Assembly: GCA_049472315.1 (NCBI GenBank)
Contig: JBLIRN010000010.1
Span: 15,091 to 79,090 of the forward strand
Direction: 5' to 3'
Source of the DNA: a bacterium
GTDB lineage: Bacteria; SZUA-182; DTGQ01; JAFGSM01
Length of the DNA: 64,000 bases
The number at the start of each line of letters is the position of its first letter. The stretch's first letter is position 1. A program made the translations under genes and the position numbers. The notes beneath the pieces are model-generated. The model did not search any database. It was not told the DNA's origin and worked only from the letters and a program-made list of their open reading frames with translations. This document shows positions 1 to 10,272 of the stretch, one piece after another.

Positions 1-1317
1 CCCCCATTTGGGTATCCATCGCACCGTGCGGATCGCGTCAAGGGTCCTTTTCCGGAGTCCATGCTTGTCCATGGATATGAACCATTGCTCGGTGGCCCTG
101 AAGATGACCGGGGACTTGCACCTCCAGCAGTGGGGATAGGAGTGGGAGGTCTTTTCCTGATGAAAAAGGGTCCCGTTTTCCCGCATGAGCTGGATGATGG
201 GTGCATTCGTCTCGAAGACGTTCTGCCCCTGAAATTCCTTTACCTCGGCGGTAAATGCCCCCCGGTCATCGACCGGTGCGTATATGTCGAGACCGTATGC
301 CAATCCGATCTCGTAGTCCTCCTGTCCGTGTCCCGGGGCGATGTGCACGCACCCGGAGCCCTGCTCGATGGTCACGAACGGGGCAAGGATGATGCTCGAA
401 TTCCGGTCGACAAACGGGTGGCGGCAGACGATACCCTCCAGATCCCTTCCCTGAATGCTCCTCACCACTTCATAATCCGATACACCCATCCTTCCCATCA
501 CATCATCAAGGAGCGCACCTGCCACGATAAAGAGCCCTTTTCCATGACGCACCAGGGAGTATTCCAGGTCGGGATGCACGGCGATTGCCAGGTTTGCGGG
601 GAGCGTCCACGGGGTGGTCGTCCAGATGATCACCCATGTGTCCTGGTTCGCTGCCTCGGGGAGTCCCTCGATCACCTTGAAACCCACATAGATCGAGGGA
701 GAGGTGTGATCCATGTATTCCACCTCCGCCTCCGCAAGGGCGGTCCCGCAGGAGGCGCACCAGTGAACGGGTTTGAATCCCTTATATACCGAACCGGCCC
801 TGACGAACTGCCCGAATTCACGAACAATGGTGGCCTCGTAGGATTTGTCCAGGGTCACGTACGGGGTGTCCCATTCGCCGAAAACGCCGAGACGCTTGAA
901 TTCCTCCCTTTGGATGGCGACGAATTTCTCTGCGTATTCCCTGCACTGCCTGCGGATCTCGGTGATATCCATGGTTTCCTTCCGTGCGCCCAGTTCCTTG
1001 TCCACCTGGTGCTCTATGGGAAGGCCATGGCAATCCCATCCCGGTACGAACGTGGATTGGAATCCTGACATGGTCTTTGATTTCACGATGATGTCCTTGA
1101 GGATCTTATTCAAGGCATGCCCCATATGGATACGCCCGTTTGCATAGGGAGGCCCGTCATGGAGGATGAATTTCGGTGATGTCTCAACCCCTTGTTTGAT
1201 CTTGTCATAGAGCGATATTCCCTCCCAAAGGGCCAGAAATTCCTTCTCCCGCTGATTCAATTGCGCCTTCATGGGGAAATCGGTATGGGGCAGGTTGAGG
1301 GTGGATTTATAGTCCAT
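1..1317 (-). CDS. ileS: Isoleucyl-tRNA synthetase, N-terminal part (runs off the window start)
   Basis: Manual reverse-complement translation from ATG 1317 gives MDYKSTLNLPHTDFPMKAQ...LHDGPPYANGRIHMGHA, the IleRS N-terminus with a HIGH-type motif. Missing from the ORF track because it has no stop in the window. Confidence 0.95.
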   Translation of the reverse strand, partial: MDYKSTLNLPHTDFPMKAQLNQREKEFLALWEGISLYDKIKQGVETSPKFILHDGPPYANGRIHMGHALNKILKDIIVKSKTMSGFQSTFVPGWDCHGLPIEHQVDKELGARKETMDITEIRRQCREYAEKFVAIQREEFKRLGVFGEWDTPYVTLDKSYEATIVREFGQFVRAGSVYKGFKPVHWCASCGTALAEAEVEYMDHTSPSIYVGFKVIEGLPEAANQDTWVIIWTTTPWTLPANLAIAVHPDLEYSLVRHGKGLFIVAGALLDDVMGRMGVSDYEVVRSIQGRDLEGIVCRHPFVDRNSSIILAPFVTIEQGSGCVHIAPGHGQEDYEIGLAYGLDIYAPVDDRGAFTAEVKEFQGQNVFETNAPIIQLMRENGTLFHQEKTSHSYPHCWRCKSPVIFRATEQWFISMDKHGLRKRTLDAIRTVRWIPKWG

Positions 1318-1440
1318 CTGGAACTCCTGAGCAATATTTAAAAAAGTTATATTTATTATAAAGAAATTATATTATAAGAAACAATCTGTAAATGTATACG
1401 GTATCATGTGTTGCCGGTTCTGTCAAGGCGGTATAACTTC

Positions 1441-1469
1441 TTGAAAGTCAATAAAAAATTGTATATAAT
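1441..1469 (+). promoter_or_regulatory. Sigma70-type promoter
   Basis: TTGAAA-17 nt-TATAAT upstream of the oxidoreductase at 1708. Confidence 0.6.
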
Positions 1470-1707
1470 ACAATAAATGATACCTCTGTTCTCCTCTTTT
1501 TTCAAAGAATAAAGGTAATCATTACCTTAGTATGGACACCCCGCAATGCGTCATCACCTATGATCATGGATGATCCTGCCTGGATGGCAGGTGACTGACG
1601 CACCATTGCTTCGGGATATTTTTATATGCCATGGAATTGTGCCATGGTCGGTGATCGATTGACTGTGTGTTGATGATTGCTTATACTGTTTGATGTGATT
1701 ATGTTGT

Positions 1708-2823
1708 ATGGATGAGACAACCATTACCATCATCGGGGCCGGTGTTATCGGCCTGGCTGTTGCCGCCGAATTATCAAAGACATATGATGATATTTTCGTT
1801 ATCGAAAAAAACGATGGTTTTGGTAAGGAAACGAGCAGCCGTAACAGCGAGGTGATTCACGCAGGTATTTACTATCCCCGCGATTCATTGAAATTCAGGC
1901 TCTGCAGAGAGGGCCTGCATCATCTCTATGAAACCTGTGAGTCAGCATCAATCCCCTATAGACGCGTAGGAAAAATCATCATTGCCACCGACGATTCCGA
2001 GCTCGATCATCTGGAACACCTGTTTCAAAATGGTGCTTCCAACGGGTTGACGGAATTGCGTCTGCTGGACAGGAAGGGAATTCATCAATTGGAGCCGAAC
2101 ACCAATGCCATTGCAGGGATTCATTCCCCCCTTACCGGTATCGTCGATTCACATGCCTTGATGAAGCACTTGTACCACGTTGCCCAGGACGGTGGTGCGG
2201 ACATTGTATACCAGAGCGAGGTCAATTTTCTGACTCAGGAAGGCGAGCACTTCATTGTCGGGATACAACAGGACGACTACCGCTTCAAATCGAGGGTGGT
2301 GATTAACGCTGCGGGATTGTGGTCCGATTCCATCGCCTCCCTCCTGGGCATCGACGTCGACGAGTGCGGCTACCGGCTTCACTTCTGCAAGGGTGATTAT
2401 TTCGCCTATGGCAAGCCCTCTCCGGTTTCCATGCTGGTGTATCCGCTGCCTGATGAATATTGTACCGCGCTGGGAATACATGCCACCCTGGATCTCGGCT
2501 CGCGCTTGCGCTTTGGTCCCGATGACGAGTATGTCGATGCTATCGATTACCGGGTGAACCCATCGAAGGGGGATGGATTCTATCGAGCCGCCTCACGTAT
2601 CATTCCCGGCATCGAAAGGGAGGCCATAGTCCCTGACATGGCGGGAATAAGGCCGAAGATACAAGGCCCCGGGGATACATTCCGGGATTTTCTCATAAGG
2701 AACGAGGCAGAGTATGGCTTCAATGGCTTCATCAATCTCATCGGGATCGAATCGCCGGGACTTACCGCGTGTCTCTCGATTGCGCGGATGGTGAAAACAA
2801 TGATCGCGGAAATAATGGAATGA
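1708..2823 (+). CDS. FAD-dependent oxidoreductase (LhgO/L-2-hydroxyglutarate oxidase-like, DAO family)
   Basis: IIGAGVIG Rossmann motif, ETSSRNSEVIHAGIYY, GIRPK and GIESPGLT motifs. Confidence 0.85.
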   Translation: MDETTITIIGAGVIGLAVAAELSKTYDDIFVIEKNDGFGKETSSRNSEVIHAGIYYPRDSLKFRLCREGLHHLYETCESASIPYRRVGKIIIATDDSELDHLEHLFQNGASNGLTELRLLDRKGIHQLEPNTNAIAGIHSPLTGIVDSHALMKHLYHVAQDGGADIVYQSEVNFLTQEGEHFIVGIQQDDYRFKSRVVINAAGLWSDSIASLLGIDVDECGYRLHFCKGDYFAYGKPSPVSMLVYPLPDEYCTALGIHATLDLGSRLRFGPDDEYVDAIDYRVNPSKGDGFYRAASRIIPGIEREAIVPDMAGIRPKIQGPGDTFRDFLIRNEAEYGFNGFINLIGIESPGLTACLSIARMVKTMIAEIME

Positions 2824-3083
2824 AAGGCATAAGTAGTTGGGACATACGAGTGTCTTTTTATTATTCGAGCAATAATGCGCAGGCGGAAATATTTTTTACT
2901 GTGCTGTCTATGGTGTAAGTTATACACAGTGTGAAAAAATTTCACTATTTGTTACTGCCTTTGGAAGGAAGAGGGGTATTTTGGACCCAAGATTACTTTT
3001 TACAAAGGGGGGACATCGTACATAAAACAAAATTTAATATAAATAATACCACAATATTATTAATTATTGCAGCAAAGAGGGGG

Positions 3084-3100
3084 TTGGCATGTGTCTTGCT
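3084..3100 (+). promoter_or_regulatory. Sigma54 (-24/-12) promoter candidate
   Basis: TTGGCATGTGTCTTGCT has exact GG-N10-GC spacing, an AT-rich tract upstream, and lies about 95 nt before the 3195 ORF. Confidence 0.65.
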
Positions 3101-3194
3101 GAAAAAAATAGGAATAATGGGGTCTGTCTCGACATCCCTCTTGGTTTGCCGCAGAAACCGTTAATGTATGGATGAACGTCTGAAGGAGAAATAG

Positions 3195-5666
3195 ATGAGC
3201 TTTCATGGCATCTCTTTACGTAAACCCATAGAGGAAATGTACCCGATACGGTATCATATCCTGGTCGCATCCATTCTCATATGTGCCTCGCTGGTGCTCA
3301 TCCTTGTACCCGGAAGGGGGATAGCCCAGACCGGCAGCATTTCAGGGAAGGTCCATGAATACCTGCATCCCACCGTACCCATTTATGGCATTCAGGTGAC
3401 CGTCTTTGATCAGAGCAATAGCCCGGTCAGGAATGTGATGACCGATCCGAATTTTCCGTATGATCCCAATAGCACCGAGCCCAAATGGGTCGACGGATAT
3501 TTTAAAATCGACAAACTACCCGTGGGAAAATACCGGGTGTGCGCCATGGGACCAACATATGACGAGGATGGAGATCCCATCTACTGGGTATCGGAATGCT
3601 ATGAAACCAATTGTACCGGTCCGCAGTGCGGCTATTATATCACCGAGTATCCGGAAGATTTTGCCAACACCCTCGTGCAGGTCAATCAAGGACTGACCAC
3701 CACGGGCGTCAATTTTTACCTTGCCGGCGCCGGACAGATCGAAGGGGATGTATATACACATACCGGCTATCCGGATTATTATGTCTCGTACAAGATGACC
3801 GTCAAGTACAAGGACAATCCCCCTCTGGTTCTTCCACAGTATTCAAGTGCCAACATAACCGACGAAGGATACAGGATTGTGAACTGTGCTCCGGGCGACT
3901 ATATCATCAAGGTCGAGGACTGGATTCAAGTCACCAATCCCTATGACGCATATTATATGACCTTGTACTGGCCCCAGAAATACGCCGAGGCGCAGGCCAC
4001 GCGCATTACCCTGGGCTGCGGGCAGAACAATGTGAAGACCGGAATCAATTTTCAAATGAAGACGGGTGGAGTGATCCAGGGGTATATCAAGAAACAAAAA
4101 GAGAATGATCCCAACCAGGTCAACACCAGGTTTGCGGATGTGGTCCTTATCGAGGAGAACCTGGGATACATGCAGACCATGCAGACCAACCAGTTTCCGA
4201 TTGTGGACCCTGGTGATCCCAATCATGTGGTCTCCTTTGTCACCGGCAGATACAAGTTCGGGGGGCTCTCGCCGGGAAATTATGCACTGTATGCGGAACT
4301 GGTGGGTGCCCAGGGCGAAAATGATCCCGAGCCGCCCAACATCGACTACCTTGGTGAATTTTACAACAATCTGCATTTCAAGTCTCAGCTTGATCCTTCG
4401 TATGAGCAGCAGATCACCCGCATCGCGATTACGGGACCGGACCAGACCAAGAACATCGACGTGGTCCTTGACCGCGCCCCCAAATTGAGCGGAAAGGTCA
4501 CCAGGAGCGGCACCAGTACCGCCTTGCCGGGGATACAGATATTCATCAATGAAAAATCAACCGGCCGATTCATTGCAGACACGACCACCGACAGCACCGG
4601 CAATTACCTGTTCGAATCCTCACGGGGAATCCTGCCCACCCTTTACACCGTTACAGCTTGGGACCCAAATGCCGTGTATGTGCCGTCTGAATCCGATATC
4701 ACCATGGCGGTGAACCAGCAGTATACCAAGAACCTGTCCATGACAATCGGCTCTACGGGTGTAGGGACGATCTCCGGCCGGGTCTTTCTGGACGATGACC
4801 CTGCAGAGCCTATAGGGGGCATCCATGTGGTGGCCTACAGCATCAGCCTCAAAAAGGCGTACGAAACAACTACCAATGTAAATGGCGAGTATATGATCGA
4901 GGGGATCAGGAGCGGATATGTCCTCGTCTTTACCGGCAAGGAAGAGGAGGTCATGAGCAGGCTCTACAAGGACCTCAACGTGCCTCCTGACGGTTATCAG
5001 CAGTCCCCTGAGAACCTGGATCAACTGGTGATCATCGCGGGCAGCCAAAGACGCTTGTACCTCGGTGTCAACGAGCATATCGCCGGGATCGATATCGGGG
5101 TTTCTTCCTTCAGGCACACCTTCAATTCCGGCCTCAATCTGTATGGATATCCCGGGGAGCCGGTCGTTGAATACGAAACGGCATACAAACTTTGCAAGGG
5201 CATAGGAGATGATCTGCACAAGCTCGTGTGGCTTGATGCCAATACGGATGCCTGGCATTCCGTATGGCTCAATACAGCCGATCCCAATCATCCCCCTGTC
5301 GGTGTCAACTGCTCCATAACTCCGGGGAACGGGTATATAATCTTCATGAATGAGACAGTCGAATCTATGGTGCTGCCGCCGTTTACCATTACCTTCCCCG
5401 ACTATTACGCCCTGGAGTCAGGGAAGAATCTCTTCTCCTATCCACCCTCTCTCTATCGACCCCTGCAGACGTCATCCGAGCTTATCTCCGCAATCGATGA
5501 TCCGGATGCGGTGTCGTGTGTGCGCTCGTATGACAGCTTCACCGGGCAATGGAAGAGCAATGTCCGGATATGGGGACGACCCTGTTCGGGAGTGTTCCCG
5601 CTTCGGCAGGGAGATGCCTATTTGGTGGAGATGAGATCGTTTCAGTACCTCATCCCTCCGCAATAG
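3195..5666 (+). CDS. Large secreted protein with tandem carboxypeptidase-regulatory-like (SdrD B/CnaB-type) beta-sandwich repeats; start may be 3237
   Basis: Hydrophobic signal ending GIA-Q; repeated GxISGxV...PIxGIxV...TDxxGxY...L(P/S)xGxY units; duplicated C-terminal GxNLxxYP module. Confidence 0.7.
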   Translation: MSFHGISLRKPIEEMYPIRYHILVASILICASLVLILVPGRGIAQTGSISGKVHEYLHPTVPIYGIQVTVFDQSNSPVRNVMTDPNFPYDPNSTEPKWVDGYFKIDKLPVGKYRVCAMGPTYDEDGDPIYWVSECYETNCTGPQCGYYITEYPEDFANTLVQVNQGLTTTGVNFYLAGAGQIEGDVYTHTGYPDYYVSYKMTVKYKDNPPLVLPQYSSANITDEGYRIVNCAPGDYIIKVEDWIQVTNPYDAYYMTLYWPQKYAEAQATRITLGCGQNNVKTGINFQMKTGGVIQGYIKKQKENDPNQVNTRFADVVLIEENLGYMQTMQTNQFPIVDPGDPNHVVSFVTGRYKFGGLSPGNYALYAELVGAQGENDPEPPNIDYLGEFYNNLHFKSQLDPSYEQQITRIAITGPDQTKNIDVVLDRAPKLSGKVTRSGTSTALPGIQIFINEKSTGRFIADTTTDSTGNYLFESSRGILPTLYTVTAWDPNAVYVPSESDITMAVNQQYTKNLSMTIGSTGVGTISGRVFLDDDPAEPIGGIHVVAYSISLKKAYETTTNVNGEYMIEGIRSGYVLVFTGKEEEVMSRLYKDLNVPPDGYQQSPENLDQLVIIAGSQRRLYLGVNEHIAGIDIGVSSFRHTFNSGLNLYGYPGEPVVEYETAYKLCKGIGDDLHKLVWLDANTDAWHSVWLNTADPNHPPVGVNCSITPGNGYIIFMNETVESMVLPPFTITFPDYYALESGKNLFSYPPSLYRPLQTSSELISAIDDPDAVSCVRSYDSFTGQWKSNVRIWGRPCSGVFPLRQGDAYLVEMRSFQYLIPPQ

Positions 5667-5685
5667 GCCGTCACTCTCATACCCA

Positions 5686-5701
5686 TGGAACATTTCTTGC
5701 T
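5686..5701 (+). promoter_or_regulatory. Sigma54 (-24/-12) promoter candidate
   Basis: TGGAACATTTCTTGCT has GG-N10-GC spacing, about 80 nt before ATG 5783. Confidence 0.5.
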
Positions 5702-5782
5702 ATTCTAAACGTGTAATTCATGTTCAAGGGGTTATCCCGAGAGGATAGCGAAGAAATAGGTTGACTGAGTGAGGAGTTGGGT

Positions 5783-7672
5783 ATGAGGAGGAAGGATAGT
5801 TCACGCGCCCCCTTTGTGTGGCATTGTGTCCTGCCAGTGATTCTTTGTATCGTATGTCTTTCATGTACGGCATGGGCGGATACCTTCGTATGGCAGGATT
5901 TCGAATACTGGGATTCCCCAAGAAATCACGGCTGGATCTGCTCATCACCCTCCTATCCGGTGTGGGGATTCGCAGGGTATGGCACCCTTCGGACCGCCAT
6001 AGACGCGCGTTTGCAGAGCAGGGTATTGGTGCTCGAAAGCATGCCTTCCGCATTCAATAACTTCTTCCGATTCCGAACACTCAACGCCACGGTCCCTGAC
6101 CCAAATCCATCCACCCAGGGATTCGACAAGAATATCATATCCTTCAATATCATCAATCGATTCGGTATAGAGCAGTTCGACCAGTGGGAGGCGCAGATAC
6201 AGGTGGAGACCAGAAACGGCAAGAACGTGCTGCTGGTGTATCGTCCGTGCGGTGCGTCCGAGTCGGGGCCCGAGGTGGGTGGTTATGCGGAATATGGGTA
6301 CAGGGGGGGGCTCAATGGAGGGGACCCTGAGCGTTCCGACCGTCCCCTGGTGGTGATCTACGACATCGGGAGACAATACCAGGATGGCGCATGGCACCTT
6401 GTGGTGAGGGATCTTGACGAGGACATTCGGAAGATCGGGATGTGGCAGGGGATCGATTTTTCCCTGGACGGATTCGGTCAGGAATTGTATTACGGGCCCG
6501 AGCAATCCGCCATTGTCTCCATCATGTTTGCCGGATTCACCATGAGGGTCGACAATATCGCATTTCACGACCGCATGCGCGATATCGTCAACCACCCTCC
6601 GAAACTCCAGAGGATCGGCCCTCAATTCGCGCAGATATTCGTTCCCTTCAGCTATCTCATTTCCGTATATGAACGTTCCGACATAAGCGGTTTCGTTGAC
6701 GAGCGGTACGAATTCGTTGCCACCATCGGCGGATACGGATCCAGGGGCGTCCAGACCTCCGAGATGATCTTCAGGGTAAAGGAGGATCCCAATAACCCCG
6801 GGTACTACCTCGCCTGTGAGCCGGACGATCCAGCCTGCCTTCCAGATAAGGTCCTGTTGGAATTTGTTCCCCAGACCTTTGAGGACCTCATTATCACCAT
6901 ACGGGTAACGGATCCGGGAGGTCTTTCCGACATGGAGACATTCCCCCTCTCGGTGGTCAACTATCCGGTGGTCAATCATCCCCCCTATCTCGAGGAGATA
7001 GAGAACGATGTCTATTTGCTGGGAACAAACGAGGGATACTTCGAGAAGGCGTTCATATGCTACGACCAGGACATGGAGGATCATCCGGGATCTGCCACCG
7101 AGCCCGGAAATATCACCTACCGGGCGATTATCGACACTGCACCCAATTACCAGTTCGGACCATGGCAGGAGCCATTGATCTCCGAGCCCTTTACGCCGGT
7201 GATACGGTTCAGTCCTCGATTCGAGGGCCTACATCGCATCTCGGTTATTGCCACCGATTCGAGGGGGCTTTCCGCCATAACCAGCTTCGCGCTGCATGTG
7301 GTGAATCCGGGCACCTGGCTCAACCACCCTCCAATACTGGGCGAGGATATTGATAGCCCGCAGATTGTTCGTGTGGGAGAGACCTTTACCATCCCTGTCG
7401 AATTTTTGGATCCTGACAACGAGGAGATATACTATTCAAGCAACATCGGGAGCATCACCAAAATGGAAGAGGGATTCGGGAAGACGCCGGAAAGCGGCAT
7501 AGGAGTTACGGAGGGGGAGGATAGATACGGCAGATACGTGAGCGGGGCGATTTTTCACTTCGTGTCGCCCTTCCCCGGAACATACCATGTCATCATCACC
7601 GCATATGATCTCAGGGGAGGCTACTGCACAGCCGAATTCATACTGGATGTCCAGCCATGGTGGGCACTCTGA
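5783..7672 (+). CDS. Secreted protein of unknown family, paralog 1 (DFEYW N-terminal domain, 3 NHPP cadherin-like repeats, C-terminal QPWWAL)
   Basis: Signal peptide ending AWA-DTFVWQDFEYW; end-to-end similarity to 37251-39116 and 41692-43914. Confidence 0.8.
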   Translation: MRRKDSSRAPFVWHCVLPVILCIVCLSCTAWADTFVWQDFEYWDSPRNHGWICSSPSYPVWGFAGYGTLRTAIDARLQSRVLVLESMPSAFNNFFRFRTLNATVPDPNPSTQGFDKNIISFNIINRFGIEQFDQWEAQIQVETRNGKNVLLVYRPCGASESGPEVGGYAEYGYRGGLNGGDPERSDRPLVVIYDIGRQYQDGAWHLVVRDLDEDIRKIGMWQGIDFSLDGFGQELYYGPEQSAIVSIMFAGFTMRVDNIAFHDRMRDIVNHPPKLQRIGPQFAQIFVPFSYLISVYERSDISGFVDERYEFVATIGGYGSRGVQTSEMIFRVKEDPNNPGYYLACEPDDPACLPDKVLLEFVPQTFEDLIITIRVTDPGGLSDMETFPLSVVNYPVVNHPPYLEEIENDVYLLGTNEGYFEKAFICYDQDMEDHPGSATEPGNITYRAIIDTAPNYQFGPWQEPLISEPFTPVIRFSPRFEGLHRISVIATDSRGLSAITSFALHVVNPGTWLNHPPILGEDIDSPQIVRVGETFTIPVEFLDPDNEEIYYSSNIGSITKMEEGFGKTPESGIGVTEGEDRYGRYVSGAIFHFVSPFPGTYHVIITAYDLRGGYCTAEFILDVQPWWAL

Positions 7673-7716
7673 GGGCGTGGGAATGTATGGCCGCTGCCAG
7701 ATTACCACATCCGCAA

Positions 7717-8124
7717 TCAGGGGCCAGCCGGGCAGAAGGGTCCTACGACGGATGTTCCGGGTCGCAAATGGTGCCTGAGGCTCACGCGATCATTGCGGAG
7801 CATGGACACGAACTTGACCCCGATGCGGAACATGCCGGAATATTGTGAGGCACTGACCCAGACAACCTCTCCGATCGCGTTGATAGGGTCTTCCGGATAG
7901 TAGTCCAGAAGGGCGATGGTGATGAGGAGCCTTGATTTGATATCGCAGGACTGATCGCTCAGAAATGAAAAACCACCCTGGCTGATATTCTCAACCCGGC
8001 ACACGAGGGACTCGTTGAAAAAGCGACTCTGATCACAGGACTGAAATGTGCAGTTTGCCCGCGCCCGCAAACGGTGGTAGGTTCGCCGTTCCTGCCGTTT
8101 GTCATACGGTATATGCTCTGTCAT
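7717..8124 (-). CDS. PilZ-domain protein (putative c-di-GMP receptor)
   Basis: RRTYHR (RxxxR) and NISQGG (D/NxSxxG) motifs; GEVVW...GVKF. Confidence 0.85.
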   Translation of the reverse strand: MTEHIPYDKRQERRTYHRLRARANCTFQSCDQSRFFNESLVCRVENISQGGFSFLSDQSCDIKSRLLITIALLDYYPEDPINAIGEVVWVSASQYSGMFRIGVKFVSMLRNDRVSLRHHLRPGTSVVGPFCPAGP

Positions 8125-8533
8125 ATTTTTTTCCCCCTTATGTTAATATGCAAGCGCTGTGAGAACGTGCTAAAAAAGGAGGAATATCAACACGGGAGGA
8201 ATTCCGGTCTTTGCACCCAGTTCAGGAATACCAACCCGCCTCAAATTATGAATCAGCGTACAATCCGCATTGAAGAAGGAGTATGAATATCACTCAGCAG
8301 GAAATGTGAAAAAGAGCCACAAACACCTATTAAAAATATATACAATAGGGAAGGAATCGTCAAGTGTTCGGAGTGAATATACCTTTCCATTGTTCCGGAC
8401 CAACGATCCAACATGGGAATTACTGTCTACGATCTTCTTGACATGCAAGGATATTCATATTACAGTTACATGGCGTTCAATGCGGCCGCTGGTCGGACGT
8501 TTTGAACCATCAAATTTAAAAGGAATGTATGGA

Positions 8534-9619
8534 ATGGATTACAAGGATATTTTACTGAGAGACAATATCCGGGACTTGTTGCCCTACCCGATAGAAGACC
8601 ATGCATACAGAATCAAGCTTGATGCAAATGAAAATCCTTGTTCCATAGATTGGGCAGGGTGGCCGGATGTCATGGAAGGGCTGCGGGACATTGCCCTGAA
8701 CCGGTATCCGGATCCGCATGCCAGGGCATTGAAGGATGCCGTATCCGGCTATGTGCACTGGCCGGCATCGGGGATGATCCTTGGAAACGGATCGGATGAA
8801 TTGATCCAGTATATACTCATGGCATACGGCGGACCCGAACGTCCGGTGTATGCACCCCATCCCAGCTTCTCCATGTACCGGATCATAGCCCTTTCCATGG
8901 GGCAGAAATTTCTTGCCATTCCTCTTGGCGAGGGCTTCGAACTCTGCGTCCATGACGCCCTGCTCAAGGAACTCGCCGCGCCTCCCCAGAAACTGGTGTT
9001 CATCGCAACCCCCAACAATCCCACGGGGAATGCCTTCAAGCGGGAGGATGTTCTTGCCATTGTGAAGGCCACCCGGGGGATTGTGTGCATTGACGAGGCA
9101 TATCTTGATTTTTGTGATGACGAGGGATTTCTTGGCGTGCTCCCTCAATTCGAACATGTGATCATCCTGCGCACCCTCTCCAAGATAGGACTGGCAGGTT
9201 TGAGGGTGGGAATCCTTCTGGCAAACGAGTCCGTTATCGAAGCCATTTCCAAGGTCCGGCTTCCCTTCAATCTGAATGTGGTCTCGCAATTCCTCGCCCG
9301 TGAGGTGCTCATGCGCCAGGACCTTCTTCGTGACATGATTGGTACCATAAGGGAACACCGGGAGCGGCTTTATCAGGAGATGGTGAAGATCCCCGGTTTA
9401 CGGGTATTTCCAAGCCAGGCAAACTTCATCCTTTTTACGTGTGAAGGGGGGGTGGCGTCAATCTACCAGGGTCTGCTTGAGGAGGGTATCCTGATCAGGA
9501 TGTTTCCTCCCGAGGGGCCGTGGCCGGGGTTTCTGAGGGTTACGGTGGGAACGGGGCATGAATGTGAGACATTTATCGATGTATTGAACAGGATCATGGC
9601 ACAGGGGGGAAGAGAATAA
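8534..9619 (+). CDS. hisC: Histidinol-phosphate aminotransferase
   Basis: KLDANENP, RYPD, GNGSDELI, PNNPTG, DEAY and RTLSKIGLAGLRVG motifs. Start moved from the 8270 TTG to ATG 8534. Confidence 0.93.
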   Translation: MDYKDILLRDNIRDLLPYPIEDHAYRIKLDANENPCSIDWAGWPDVMEGLRDIALNRYPDPHARALKDAVSGYVHWPASGMILGNGSDELIQYILMAYGGPERPVYAPHPSFSMYRIIALSMGQKFLAIPLGEGFELCVHDALLKELAAPPQKLVFIATPNNPTGNAFKREDVLAIVKATRGIVCIDEAYLDFCDDEGFLGVLPQFEHVIILRTLSKIGLAGLRVGILLANESVIEAISKVRLPFNLNVVSQFLAREVLMRQDLLRDMIGTIREHRERLYQEMVKIPGLRVFPSQANFILFTCEGGVASIYQGLLEEGILIRMFPPEGPWPGFLRVTVGTGHECETFIDVLNRIMAQGGRE

Positions 9620-10209
9620 TGGCAAGAACGGCGAGCTGTTCGAGAAAAACCGGGGAGACGGACATACGCCTTCACCTGGACCTGGATGGGAAAGGCACCT
9701 ATTCAATAGAAACGGGCATCCCCTTTTTCGATCACATGCTCTCACTTTTTGCCAAGCAGAGCTTCTTTGATATTGAAATGACGGCAACAGGGGACATCGA
9801 GGTTGATTTTCATCACACGGTGGAGGATGTAGGCATCATGCTCGGCCAGGGGCTCAGGGAGGCGCTGGGCAACAAGGAGGGAATCAGGCGATACGGCACA
9901 GCCACGATCCCCATGGATGAAACCCTGGCAAGCGCGGTGATCGATATCTGTTCGCGCGCGCTCCTTGTATTCAATGTCCCCTCTCAGGAGTGCTGTCATG
10001 GAGGAGGATTCGATCTTTCCCTCACCGAGGAATTCTTCAGGGCATTTGCCACGAACGCCCTTGTTACGCTTCACATAAACCTCCACTATGGCAAGAACCT
10101 CCATCATATCATCGAGGCGATATTCAAGGCGGTTGGTAGGGCGCTTTCACAGGCATGCAGTATCGATCCGAACATCGAAGGCGTTCTCTCCACCAAGGGG
10201 AGGCTGTAG
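9619..10209 (+). CDS. hisB: Imidazoleglycerol-phosphate dehydratase
   Basis: TGIPFFDHML, DFHHTVEDVG, NLHHIIEAIFKA, STKG. Confidence 0.97.
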   Translation: MARTASCSRKTGETDIRLHLDLDGKGTYSIETGIPFFDHMLSLFAKQSFFDIEMTATGDIEVDFHHTVEDVGIMLGQGLREALGNKEGIRRYGTATIPMDETLASAVIDICSRALLVFNVPSQECCHGGGFDLSLTEEFFRAFATNALVTLHINLHYGKNLHHIIEAIFKAVGRALSQACSIDPNIEGVLSTKGRL

Positions 10210-10272
10210 ACCGCCCCCACAATACGATTCAATCCGCAAACCGAAGTACGGATCGTCTTACGTGACAGGGGT

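Noticed and set aside
61..1068. 335-aa plus-strand ORF
   Set aside because: Antisense shadow of ileS, with no recognisable motifs.
1318..1700. T-box riboswitch upstream of ileS
   Set aside because: No T-box consensus visible on the minus strand.
2920..2928. DnaA box TTATACACA (and TGTGGAAAA near 39374) as oriC
   Set aside because: Isolated single boxes, no cluster and no dnaA.
5945..7084. Long antisense ORFs (also 15904-16821, 24335-25147, 41947-42840, 49688-50761, 56215-57114 and others)
   Set aside because: They lie opposite well-supported genes, as expected from codon bias in GC-rich DNA.
8270..8533. 88-aa N-terminal extension of HisC
   Set aside because: AT-rich, TTG start and no homology; similarity begins near ATG 8534, which has an SD.
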